A stretch of 64,000 nucleotides of DNA from a virus: the IMG/VR virus record IMGVR_UViG_3300048837_000975, positions 1 through 64,000 of that record; one strand, 5' to 3'. Under the pieces are notes generated by a model. It was not told where the DNA came from, made no database searches, and was given only the letters and a program-made list of their open reading frames with translations. Both the position numbers and the translations under genes were made by a program. Shown here one piece after another: positions 1 through 6,889 of this stretch. Position 1 is the first letter of the stretch. Each line of letters opens with the position of its first letter.

Positions 1-50
1 GCAAGGAGCGTGATCTCAACTTCATCGAGGCGCAGCTTCCTAACCGTCAT
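1..50 (-). CDS. hypothetical protein, 5' part only (runs off window edge)
   Basis: ATG at 50-48 preceded by purine-rich SD (GAAAGGAAAG) directly after hammerhead 1; open frame MTVRKLRLDEVEITLL to the edge. Confidence 0.6.
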   Translation of the reverse strand, partial: MTVRKLRLDEVEITLL

Positions 51-68
51 GGTCGCTTTCCTTTCAAT

Positions 69-120
69 GGACTCATCAGCGCTGGCCTTACCAGCGGACC
101 GGGTTTCCCCGGTTTCGTCC
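69..120 (-). ncRNA. type II hammerhead ribozyme (copy 1)
   Basis: Minus strand reads GGAC-GAAA-CCGGG(GAAA)CCCGG-UC^-CGCUGG(UAAGG)CCAGCG-CUGAUGA-GUCC: full core (CUGAUGA, GAAA, GUC) with perfectly paired stems; predicted cleavage between 97 and 96. Confidence 0.95.
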
Positions 121-314
121 TAACACGCTTCGATCGTGTGCCAGGTGACCTCACCCTTGCGAACCATCGACCATGCGATATCGTCCTTTTCGTCAAACAG
201 GGCGACCGATATCTCGGCGTGCTCAGGAGCGTTAACGAACAGCGGAAGGTCCACCACTAGGGCCGAGCATTCGAGCCCGCAGTATGTCCCGTGAAACAGG
301 TATGACTTTCTCAT
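120..314 (-). CDS. small hypothetical protein
   Basis: 64-aa ORF; TAG overlaps first G of hammerhead 1; 4-nt overlap with upstream ORF. Confidence 0.75.
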   Translation of the reverse strand: MRKSYLFHGTYCGLECSALVVDLPLFVNAPEHAEISVALFDEKDDIAWSMVRKGEVTWHTIEAC

Positions 315-529
315 AGATCAACCCACTGTTGGCAGCTGTCGCACCACCTTGAGGTTCCAGGCGCATGGCACGGATCATCCGCTTCCGGATGATCGCACCG
401 GATCGCGTACGACCCGATAGGCTTCACCCGTCCGAACGCGTCAATCCGTTCGCGTTGCGGCTTGTTCCTGGCGACCGGGATTCCCTGCAACGTCTTTACG
501 GGACGGAGCCCGAGTTTCGTGGTTCTCAT
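311..529 (-). CDS. small hypothetical protein with Cys/His cluster (possible Zn-binding)
   Basis: 72-aa ORF with C..H..C..H..CxxC; translationally coupled to both neighbours. Confidence 0.7.
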   Translation of the reverse strand: MRTTKLGLRPVKTLQGIPVARNKPQRERIDAFGRVKPIGSYAIRCDHPEADDPCHAPGTSRWCDSCQQWVDL

Positions 530-747
530 TATCCAACCAGCTTAAAAGCGATCGAAGCCATCCGGTAAACCGGCAGGGCTACGAACTTGATCTTATTCTC
601 GTCGCTCAGCTTCTCATACACGGCGAGAATCGCGCTCGCGCTGTAGGTGTCGAGGTTCACACCGTCGACTCGGCCGAGTGTCTTCTCACTTGCGATCTTT
701 CGGATCTTCGAGATCCGATCGATCGCGATCCTGTTCTTACTTGCCAT
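529..747 (-). CDS. small hypothetical phage protein
   Basis: 72-aa ORF, GGGGG SD right after hammerhead 2. Confidence 0.8.
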   Translation of the reverse strand: MASKNRIAIDRISKIRKIASEKTLGRVDGVNLDTYSASAILAVYEKLSDENKIKFVALPVYRMASIAFKLVG

Positions 748-760
748 TCAAACCCCCGTT

Positions 761-812
761 GGACTCATCAGGCGGCGCGCTACGCCGCGACCCGCCGGAG
801 CGGGTTTCGTCC
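761..812 (-). ncRNA. type II hammerhead ribozyme (copy 2)
   Basis: GGAC-GAAA-CCCGC(UCCG)GCGGG-UC^-GCGGCG(UAGCG)CGCCGC-CUGAUGA-GUCC; stems differ from copy 1 but stay paired; predicted cleavage between 789 and 788. Confidence 0.95.
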
Positions 813-1096
813 TAGTCAGCATTCCTAACGTCGAGCGTTCCGTGCACGTAAAGGTTCCCGCGGTGGAACCGCCGGTGCGTTACTATGAACTTGTCTCGCT
901 CGCTGAACGTTTCAAACTCCTCGGCTGAGAAGTTTTCCTTCCAATCGCGAGGCTCATCTACGCTAATAAAGTCACCGTCGACCAGAACCACCGTCCAACG
1001 CTTGCGCGCGTCGGAGCTTGTAAACTGTCCGGTGCTTTTCAAAAACTTCCCGGTCAAGGCTACGACCGAGCCGACCGTGATATCTCGCTTTGCCAC
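812..1096 (-). CDS. small hypothetical protein flanked by two hammerheads
   Basis: 94-aa ORF, GTG start with AGGGAGG SD, TAG overlapping hammerhead 2. Confidence 0.8.
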   Translation of the reverse strand: MAKRDITVGSVVALTGKFLKSTGQFTSSDARKRWTVVLVDGDFISVDEPRDWKENFSAEEFETFSERDKFIVTHRRFHRGNLYVHGTLDVRNAD

Positions 1097-1108
1097 TTCA
1101 ACCTCCCT

Positions 1109-1163
1109 GGACTCATCAGCGCACGCCTTACGTGCGGACCGCCCGAGCGGGGCGGTTTCGTCC
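1109..1163 (-). ncRNA. type II hammerhead ribozyme (copy 3)
   Basis: GGAC-GAAA-CCGCCC(CGCUC)GGGCGG-UC^-CGCACG(UAAGG)CGUGCG-CUGAUGA-GUCC; predicted cleavage between 1137 and 1136. Confidence 0.95.
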
Positions 1164-1438
1164 TACTTGTTAACCTCGACCTCTAGTTGCGCCATGGTTG
1201 CGACCATCCGCTCCAGCGCGTCTGAATCGAGTTTTCCGCACCCTACCGGAGCGCCTACCGGAGACCGGAACCAAACACCGCCGCTGTAAACGTACACGGT
1301 TCCCAGAACCAAGGCGTAGGTCACTGGCTCCGGAAAGCGGGTCGGAACCGGATCCCATCGCGTATCTCGGACGCCGGCTTTCGGCTCGACCTTCACAACG
1401 CGGCCGAACTTGCCAACCCTGATCGTTAACTCACTCAT
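1163..1438 (-). CDS. small hypothetical protein (first gene of operon)
   Basis: Start reassigned to ATG at 1438 (MSELTIRV) because of GGGAGG SD; TAG overlaps hammerhead 3. Confidence 0.75.
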   Translation of the reverse strand: MSELTIRVGKFGRVVKVEPKAGVRDTRWDPVPTRFPEPVTYALVLGTVYVYSGGVWFRSPVGAPVGCGKLDSDALERMVATMAQLEVEVNK

Positions 1439-1473
1439 GCTTTCAAACCTCCCAGGCTCATCACTTGAGCCGG

Positions 1474-1520
1474 GTTCCGCGCGAGGTATCGAACCTCGTA
1501 ACATCTCATGACCGCGGAAC
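1474..1520 (-). ncRNA. tRNA-like minihelix (acceptor stem plus T-arm, no anticodon arm)
   Basis: GUUCCGCG...CGAGG-UUCGAUA-CCUCG-CGCGGAAC: 5-bp T-stem with UUCGA loop stacked on a 7-8 bp acceptor-like stem; only a 14-nt linker replaces the D and anticodon arms. Confidence 0.65.
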
Positions 1521-1663
1521 TTGTTTTCAACTAGGGCTTTGCTGCATTCAGACTAGGTCGACGATGCACTACCCACACCGTTTTCCGACCTACTGTAAGC
1601 TGGCGATCCCCTGCTTGTCCGGCTAAGGCCGGAGAGCAGGTTACCCTCTGCGCTTGTTTTCAA
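1520..1663 (-). promoter_or_regulatory. structured leader bounded by two boxA-like motifs
   Basis: TTGAAAACAAG repeated at 1520-1530 and 1653-1663, resembling rrn boxA (CTTTGAAAAC); between them a CCUGCU..CCGGC/GCCGG..AGCAGG hairpin and a UAGGUCG/CGACCUA stem with possible UGCAU/AUGCA pseudoknot. Confidence 0.5.
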
Positions 1664-1901
1664 AGTTCAACCGGGGGCTCCCCGGAGCGTTTCGGTTTCC
1701 CGACCCGCTTGCCTCACTCACTCTAGCTTGTCTTACGTCGGGGGCTCGTACTTTCTTCCTGCCCCTTCACTTTTCTTCTCTTCTCTTCTCGCCCTCCCTT
1801 TCGGGAGTTTCTCGGGCGGGCCGTTTCGGCCCCCTTCTATTCTTACGCGCGTCCCCCGGGTTTTCTCCCCCGGGGTTCTGTCGCGTCTCACAGGGTACTA
1901 T

Positions 1902-1917
1902 AGCAGGGACCATGCCA
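1902..1917 (-). promoter_or_regulatory. candidate sigma54 (-24/-12) promoter
   Basis: TGGCATGGTCCCTGCT = GG-N10-GC, close to TGGCACG-N4-TTGCW, pointing into the small-gene operon. Confidence 0.5.
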
Positions 1918-1925
1918 GGCCCCGG

Positions 1926-2210
1926 CGTAACAGGCGGCCCACTGGCCAAGCGGAAAACAAGCCAGGTCCGGGGACCGGCGTTCCCCGCCAGGGGCCGCCA
2001 GGGGCCTGTTACGGCCCCTGTGACGCGTAACCCGTTACGGTGGCCTCTGTCGGCCCCTGTCGGCCGGGACCCGACAGGGGACTACAGGGGCCTACACGTG
2101 CCTACATCTCCCCACCGGGGATTCCAGCCCCACTGGAACCGGGACCCGGGATGTAGGCAGATGTAGGCTCATGTAGTGCCAGGGGGACCCAGGGTTCCAG
2201 CCGGAACGGA
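1926..2210. repeat. GC-rich non-coding array of inverted and 10-bp-phased repeats
   Basis: CTACA at 2082/2092/2102 mirrored by TGTAG at 2152/2162/2172 around TTCCAG-N5-CTGGAA; CGTAACAGGC (1926) / GCCTGTTACG (2004); CGTAAC-CC-GTTACG (2026-2039). Confidence 0.75.
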
Positions 2211-2237
2211 ATTCAAGCCACGGCGGAACCCGGCCGG

Positions 2238-2516
2238 CTACCGCCCGCGGAACCCGGGGACTCGCGGGATCATCGCGTTCAGGGCCGCCTGCCGTTTCGC
2301 GCAGGGAGTGCAGCGCTTGAATCCTAGAGCGCTAGTGACGCGATGGATCGCGTCTCCTAAGCCAGCTCCGCTTGAAGATCGATCGGCGATAATCTGATGA
2401 GCCTGATCTTGCGTAAGACCTTCCCATCGCGCCCCGTCGCGCCTGTCCAACACAGCGAAACCATTAGCGTTTCTTCCTACCAGTAACCACGGCGTGTTAG
2501 GGTGATATGGTTTCAT
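2238..2516 (-). CDS. hypothetical phage protein with GLGD...CxxC..R motif
   Basis: GLGDAIHRVTSALGFKRCTPCAKRQAALN; start taken at MKPYHP. Confidence 0.7.
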   Translation of the reverse strand: MKPYHPNTPWLLVGRNANGFAVLDRRDGARWEGLTQDQAHQIIADRSSSGAGLGDAIHRVTSALGFKRCTPCAKRQAALNAMIPRVPGFRGR

Positions 2517-2517
2517 C

Positions 2518-3135
2518 TCACTTACACCTGTCCGGAGAAACGGCAATACGCGTCAGCCAATTCCAAACGCCACCGGCCCATGCGCAATAATTGCGAGGCG
2601 TCAGGTGTCCAATCGAGTCGGCCAGCGGCAGCCCGAGCTGAGAGCTTTCAAACCAATGCGAGTCGTCGAACATTGTTCGCAGTCCAGCGAGCACACCGTT
2701 GCTCTTCTCGAACTTCTTCGCGGGCGAGATCCAGATCACCTCGGCGCCGGCAGCTTTCGCGGAATCGATCAGGCTCTTGGCGGCTGCCAGCTGGCGTCCG
2801 GCCATAGCGGAGTGCATGGCTTCGTCATTCGTTCCGAGAAGTATCAGAACATGAGTCGGTCTCAGGGAGGCGAGCTGCTGCTTTACGCAGGCTGCCTGAT
2901 CTCCTGTTCCAACGAACCGGTCGATCGTGTATCCGACCTTGCCGCAGTGAGCGAACGCGACGCCAGATTCCTTCGCCAGCATTCCTAGGGGAGTCTTGAG
3001 CCCGACCGATAGCGAATCTCCGATCAGAAGAATGCGAGACTTCCCTGGCGTCACGCGTGGGGCAGACGACTGCGCAGAAGCCAACCCGATTCCGGCGGCA
3101 ACCAGAAGACCAGCGTAGATCCAAGCGCGACTCAT
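2518..3135 (-). CDS. SGNH/GDSL hydrolase with N-terminal signal or membrane anchor
   Basis: IGDSLS block I, LGTND block III, DxxGH block V; hydrophobic N-terminus. Confidence 0.85.
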   Translation of the reverse strand: MSRAWIYAGLLVAAGIGLASAQSSAPRVTPGKSRILLIGDSLSVGLKTPLGMLAKESGVAFAHCGKVGYTIDRFVGTGDQAACVKQQLASLRPTHVLILLGTNDEAMHSAMAGRQLAAAKSLIDSAKAAGAEVIWISPAKKFEKSNGVLAGLRTMFDDSHWFESSQLGLPLADSIGHLTPRNYCAWAGGVWNWLTRIAVSPDRCK

Positions 3136-3147
3136 TCTCTACCTATA

Positions 3148-5247
3148 TCACGAGATGGCTGGCCGCTGCAATGACCAAGCGACCGTTACGGAATTCGACA
3201 CGCCCGGAGCAGCATCAAGGTTGATGACGAAGTCGGTGGCAGATCGACTCGTAACATAGGCGTTTGTAGATCCTGCAGCCGGCGTCCCGGTCGTAGCAAC
3301 GACAGAAACGAGAGGAAGGTAGTTCGCGTCGTGCTCCGGGGTTGGAATCGTAACCGTAGAAGTCGTGTTTGCGTTAGAGATGGTAACCGAACCGGACGGT
3401 GACGGCCAAGTGTTCACTCTGGCGTTCCCGCCGGTCCAGGTAACCGTCGGACGAGTTGCTAAACCGATCAGAAGAAGAGCGCTTCCGGTTGATGACCCGT
3501 TTGCTGCCGTTATTGAGTCTCCTGATGAAAATGTGACTGAGTCAAGGCGCGGAACGCAGTGCGTTGACTGTATGTTGATTCGCGGATTTGTGTGTCCGGC
3601 CGGCTGTGCACCAAACCTAGTGCCGTAGAAGTTTACCGTACACCTGGTTGTTTGCTTATCGAAGATATAGTTGTCCACTGTCTCGTACGTTCCAGCGGGA
3701 AACGTTGCGCTAACTCCGCTTCCTAGAGAAACCGTTGATGCGGTGAGTACGTTGGCGCTCCAAGCCGCAGGTACACCTCCGGTTATTGTTCTCCGTTGAA
3801 ACTCGGCAACGCCTATTGTTCCGCCAACGACAATCTGGACCTCGATCTGGTCCCACGTACCGAACGGACCTCCAACGATCCCAACGTTTGGAGAATCAAG
3901 CGTATACAGATTGTCTGAGTCATAGGTTCCGGCAGCAAAGTTTGCTACAGATCCCTCTTTTTCCAAAGCAACGGTGGCGCCAGTTGTTTTGGTGTCGCTC
4001 CAGTCTCCTCCGTTGAATCTGTACCTAAAGGTAGCGACTCCTCGGGATCCTCCAGTAAGAACATCTATCTCTAGAGAATCGAACCACCTCGGACCGGTGT
4101 ACGTAACATCAGGAGGAGTGGTTCCTGATCCAATCAGCGGAGACGTGACGTACCCAACTATTCCGCCGCCAAACTCAAATTCAGGAACGGTGTCGGTGTT
4201 GTCGTCGCTTACGTTGTTTTCTGTATGTCCGCTCACCATCACAAGAGCATGTCCGCCCTGGACGTCCATCGCTTGGCCTCGGTTGCCTTCGACTGTCATT
4301 CCGTAGAACGACATGTCCGGGCTTCCTGGTCCATAGTTCCTTAGAAAAATTCCACAGTTAACCGTGTTTGAGATTCTCAGCTTAAACCATCTGGTGTCCT
4401 GCAGCCCTGGGGAATACTCAGAGTAGACACCGTATCTTCCGCCAGAGAACGATATGTTGCTGAAACCACACCCAAGCATCGTTCCTAGGACAGTGAGCCC
4501 GCCGTAGGTTCCGGCTCTCCTCAGCGACACGTTCTGTATCGTGCTTACGTTTGAGACCTGCGCTCCGCTGTCGACGAACAACGCGGCTTCTCTAGTGTCT
4601 TGCGCATTGATCTGAAAATCAGACCAGATCAAGCTCACGGACCTACCGGTTACTCGCACCACACATTCTCCAGCCCCGGATGACTGTAGGATGGTTTGGT
4701 CTTGCGACTGACCCTGGATCCTGCACACGGCACTGTCGTAGCTAACGACAAGTTCACCGTCCAGCCTGATGGTATCCGCTGGTAGGAAAAGAACCTGACC
4801 CAGCGTCACGGACTCATCGAGCGCGTCCTGCAGAACCTGGGTACAGTCAACAGCGGACGGGTCCGAGATTCCGGCGTTCTCAAGATATTCTCTAAAATCA
4901 ACTCTTCCACTGTCAACGGACACATTGGATCCAGAACCTGTCACTAGCGCCCCAGAGAACTGGATATCGCGAGACGGGTACTCCGTTCCAAATCGATCCT
5001 CTACAGAGATCGAAGAGGACGCCTGAATCCACGAACCTCCGCCCGCTGCTGATATCGCGGAAGGGAAATCGTCGGGAACGGACGAGACACTGTACCGATA
5101 GATCGCTCCCTGACTCTGTACCCAGGCTAACGTTCCGTCCTTGAGCAGCCCTGACATCACGTTCTGAAGCGTGTCGCCGACAGGTCCGCCCTCTGTGTAT
5201 GCTAGGTACCCGAATTGTCGAAGCAGTCTAGAGTCCAGATCGGCCAT
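3148..5247 (-). CDS. virion spike/fibre protein with pectate-lyase-like beta-helix
   Basis: DCTQVLQDALD..LFLP tailspike signature, beta-rich repeats, internal duplicated ~70-aa unit, shared N-terminal module. Confidence 0.7.
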   Translation of the reverse strand: MADLDSRLLRQFGYLAYTEGGPVGDTLQNVMSGLLKDGTLAWVQSQGAIYRYSVSSVPDDFPSAISAAGGGSWIQASSSISVEDRFGTEYPSRDIQFSGALVTGSGSNVSVDSGRVDFREYLENAGISDPSAVDCTQVLQDALDESVTLGQVLFLPADTIRLDGELVVSYDSAVCRIQGQSQDQTILQSSGAGECVVRVTGRSVSLIWSDFQINAQDTREAALFVDSGAQVSNVSTIQNVSLRRAGTYGGLTVLGTMLGCGFSNISFSGGRYGVYSEYSPGLQDTRWFKLRISNTVNCGIFLRNYGPGSPDMSFYGMTVEGNRGQAMDVQGGHALVMVSGHTENNVSDDNTDTVPEFEFGGGIVGYVTSPLIGSGTTPPDVTYTGPRWFDSLEIDVLTGGSRGVATFRYRFNGGDWSDTKTTGATVALEKEGSVANFAAGTYDSDNLYTLDSPNVGIVGGPFGTWDQIEVQIVVGGTIGVAEFQRRTITGGVPAAWSANVLTASTVSLGSGVSATFPAGTYETVDNYIFDKQTTRCTVNFYGTRFGAQPAGHTNPRINIQSTHCVPRLDSVTFSSGDSITAANGSSTGSALLLIGLATRPTVTWTGGNARVNTWPSPSGSVTISNANTTSTVTIPTPEHDANYLPLVSVVATTGTPAAGSTNAYVTSRSATDFVINLDAAPGVSNSVTVAWSLQRPAIS

Positions 5248-5262
5248 CGTTCACGAACAATA

Positions 5263-6045
5263 TCATGCGCTAGCTCTTCTTGCAAGAAATCGAAGAGCAG
5301 CATAAGACGCTATCGCACCAACCGCGACCGACGTAAGAAGCGAGCCACCTGACTGCATCTTGCCAGCAAGCCATGGCGCAACGTACGCCTGCCAGACCGG
5401 CGCAGACAGATCATGATGTTGCTGGTGCGTGAAGTCATTGCCCTGCCCGACCGCGGATCCTGTAGCGGTGTAGTCGCCCCAGTAGAGCTGTCCGTCTCGC
5501 CACCATCCACCTGAAGCCTTTGGTGCAGGAGAGCGCGGCTCTACACGTCGGAAGCTAGCTCCGGCCTGCCGCGTGTCGCACAGAACGCTCTGGCGCCCCG
5601 TCAGGTGCGTTCCGTTCGTTGTATGAGCCGAAGCCAGGACCATCAACCGATCCCCCGCCATAGCGTCACGGGCGAAGCGGACGAAGCCGTTGTGGATGTT
5701 GCCACACGCTCCAGTAGAAGGGTCGCCCGCCATGAAGTTGCTGTCGGACAGACAGAGCGCCGTCACGCGCTTTCGATCTTCGTCAATTTCGGCGACCTGA
5801 TTCCAGAGTCCCCAGCCGGCGCTGTAGGACGCGAGAACGATCTTGTCCGGGTTCAGTCCCTTCGCGTATCTCGCCAGGACGCTGGGCAGTATGCGCCCAT
5901 CTTTTCTTAACGAGTTCGCTAGGTTAACGAAAGTAGAGCTGCCCTGACCTTCAATGGGCACGATGCGTACGTCGCGGCCGTACCAGTCGATCTTTCGGTG
6001 GGCTTCCTTCACTACCACCGGTCCGGCGAAAAGCACCAAGTCCAT
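5263..6045 (-). CDS. alpha/beta-hydrolase-like protein with C-terminal TM helix
   Basis: ASYSAG nucleophile-elbow-like motif, later D and H residues, hydrophobic C-terminus. Confidence 0.55.
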   Translation of the reverse strand: MDLVLFAGPVVVKEAHRKIDWYGRDVRIVPIEGQGSSTFVNLANSLRKDGRILPSVLARYAKGLNPDKIVLASYSAGWGLWNQVAEIDEDRKRVTALCLSDSNFMAGDPSTGACGNIHNGFVRFARDAMAGDRLMVLASAHTTNGTHLTGRQSVLCDTRQAGASFRRVEPRSPAPKASGGWWRDGQLYWGDYTATGSAVGQGNDFTHQQHHDLSAPVWQAYVAPWLAGKMQSGGSLLTSVAVGAIASYAALRFLARRASA

Positions 6046-6889
6046 CAGGGCTCAATCTTAGCGCATCCTCGCGACGAAGGAAAACTCGCGATCCTTTCAC
6101 AACCATTGGACCGGAATCTGAGCTCGCAACGAACGAACCTTCAGGAACCTGTCGCCCAATTCCGATTGGAATGATCTCGCTCTTCGCGTTCACGAACCAG
6201 GCGCCAAACATTCCATTTGTCTGGTGGTCGAACTTTGACGGTTCACGAATCCACTCAGGATCGAACGTTGATGACGTGTGATCCGCGCCGTGCTTGTGAC
6301 GAAGCTCGCTGCTCTTTGCAACGTCTGATTCGCGCACCAGATCAGGCGTGTGCACATAGGAGCGCAGTCCGGCCTCGAATACGGCAAACGAAATCCCAAC
6401 GTCCATCTCAGCTCCCGTCATAAGCGGAAGCTGATCGTAGATGCTCCAGTACGTCTCAGCGTCGTAGACAACCGCCTGAGCTCCGCAGATTCTGTCGTTC
6501 TCGAACCAGGCTGATCCGCTTACCTGATCGCGCCGGATCAGGTGCTTGAGTCGAGTGTCCTCTCGGTACATTCGGTGCAAGTAGAGCAGCCCGACTCCGA
6601 AGTCTGTCGCCTTTCCTAGCGCCGGCCAGTTGCATACGTTGTGCAGCAGATGAGGCGACACAACAACGTCGTCTTCTAGTCGGAGAACGAATCGCGTTTT
6701 CTTGCACAGTCTCTTTATCGTTTCTCGAGTCCAGCGCTCAACATTCTCGAGACCCTGCTCTTCGCAGGTTAGGATTTGGTAGCGCCCCTTGGCGTCACTG
6801 GCATCAAGTGACGCCACGATTTCACGAAGGCTTCCTAGTCGCTTGGGGCAGGTGTGAACCCATATTGTGATCTCGTCAGGTGAGATCAT
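5951..6889 (-). CDS. glycosyltransferase (GT-A fold, GT25/GT2-like)
   Basis: VHTCPKR start motif, LRLEDDV (DxD-like), GAQAVVY. Confidence 0.65.
   Translation of the reverse strand: MISPDEITIWVHTCPKRLGSLREIVASLDASDAKGRYQILTCEEQGLENVERWTRETIKRLCKKTRFVLRLEDDVVVSPHLLHNVCNWPALGKATDFGVGLLYLHRMYREDTRLKHLIRRDQVSGSAWFENDRICGAQAVVYDAETYWSIYDQLPLMTGAEMDVGISFAVFEAGLRSYVHTPDLVRESDVAKSSELRHKHGADHTSSTFDPEWIREPSKFDHQTNGMFGAWFVNAKSEIIPIGIGRQVPEGSFVASSDSGPMVVKGSRVFLRREDALRLSPDGLGAFRRTGGSEGSPPKDRLVRPRRTHRAH

Noticed and set aside
69-1163. GGACTCATCAG...GGTTTCGTCC repeats as a CRISPR array, terminators or REP/attC sites
   Set aside because: Spacing is gene-sized, interiors vary with compensation, there are no cas genes or U-tracts, and the conserved bases are exactly the hammerhead core
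1455-1472. Fourth active hammerhead
   Set aside because: GUGAUGA instead of CUGAUGA and no GAAA/stem III partner
1474-1520. Functional tRNA gene
   Set aside because: No D arm, anticodon arm or CCA; kept only as a tRNA-like element
1605-1650. Twister ribozyme resemblance (UAAC..CCGG..CCGG..AGGGG)
   Set aside because: Lacks a convincing L4 and both pseudoknots; a simple hairpin explains it
1654-2166. 170-aa plus-strand ORF and overlapping ORFs
   Set aside because: Low-complexity Pro/Gly/Arg translations of a GC-rich repeat region with no SD or family motifs
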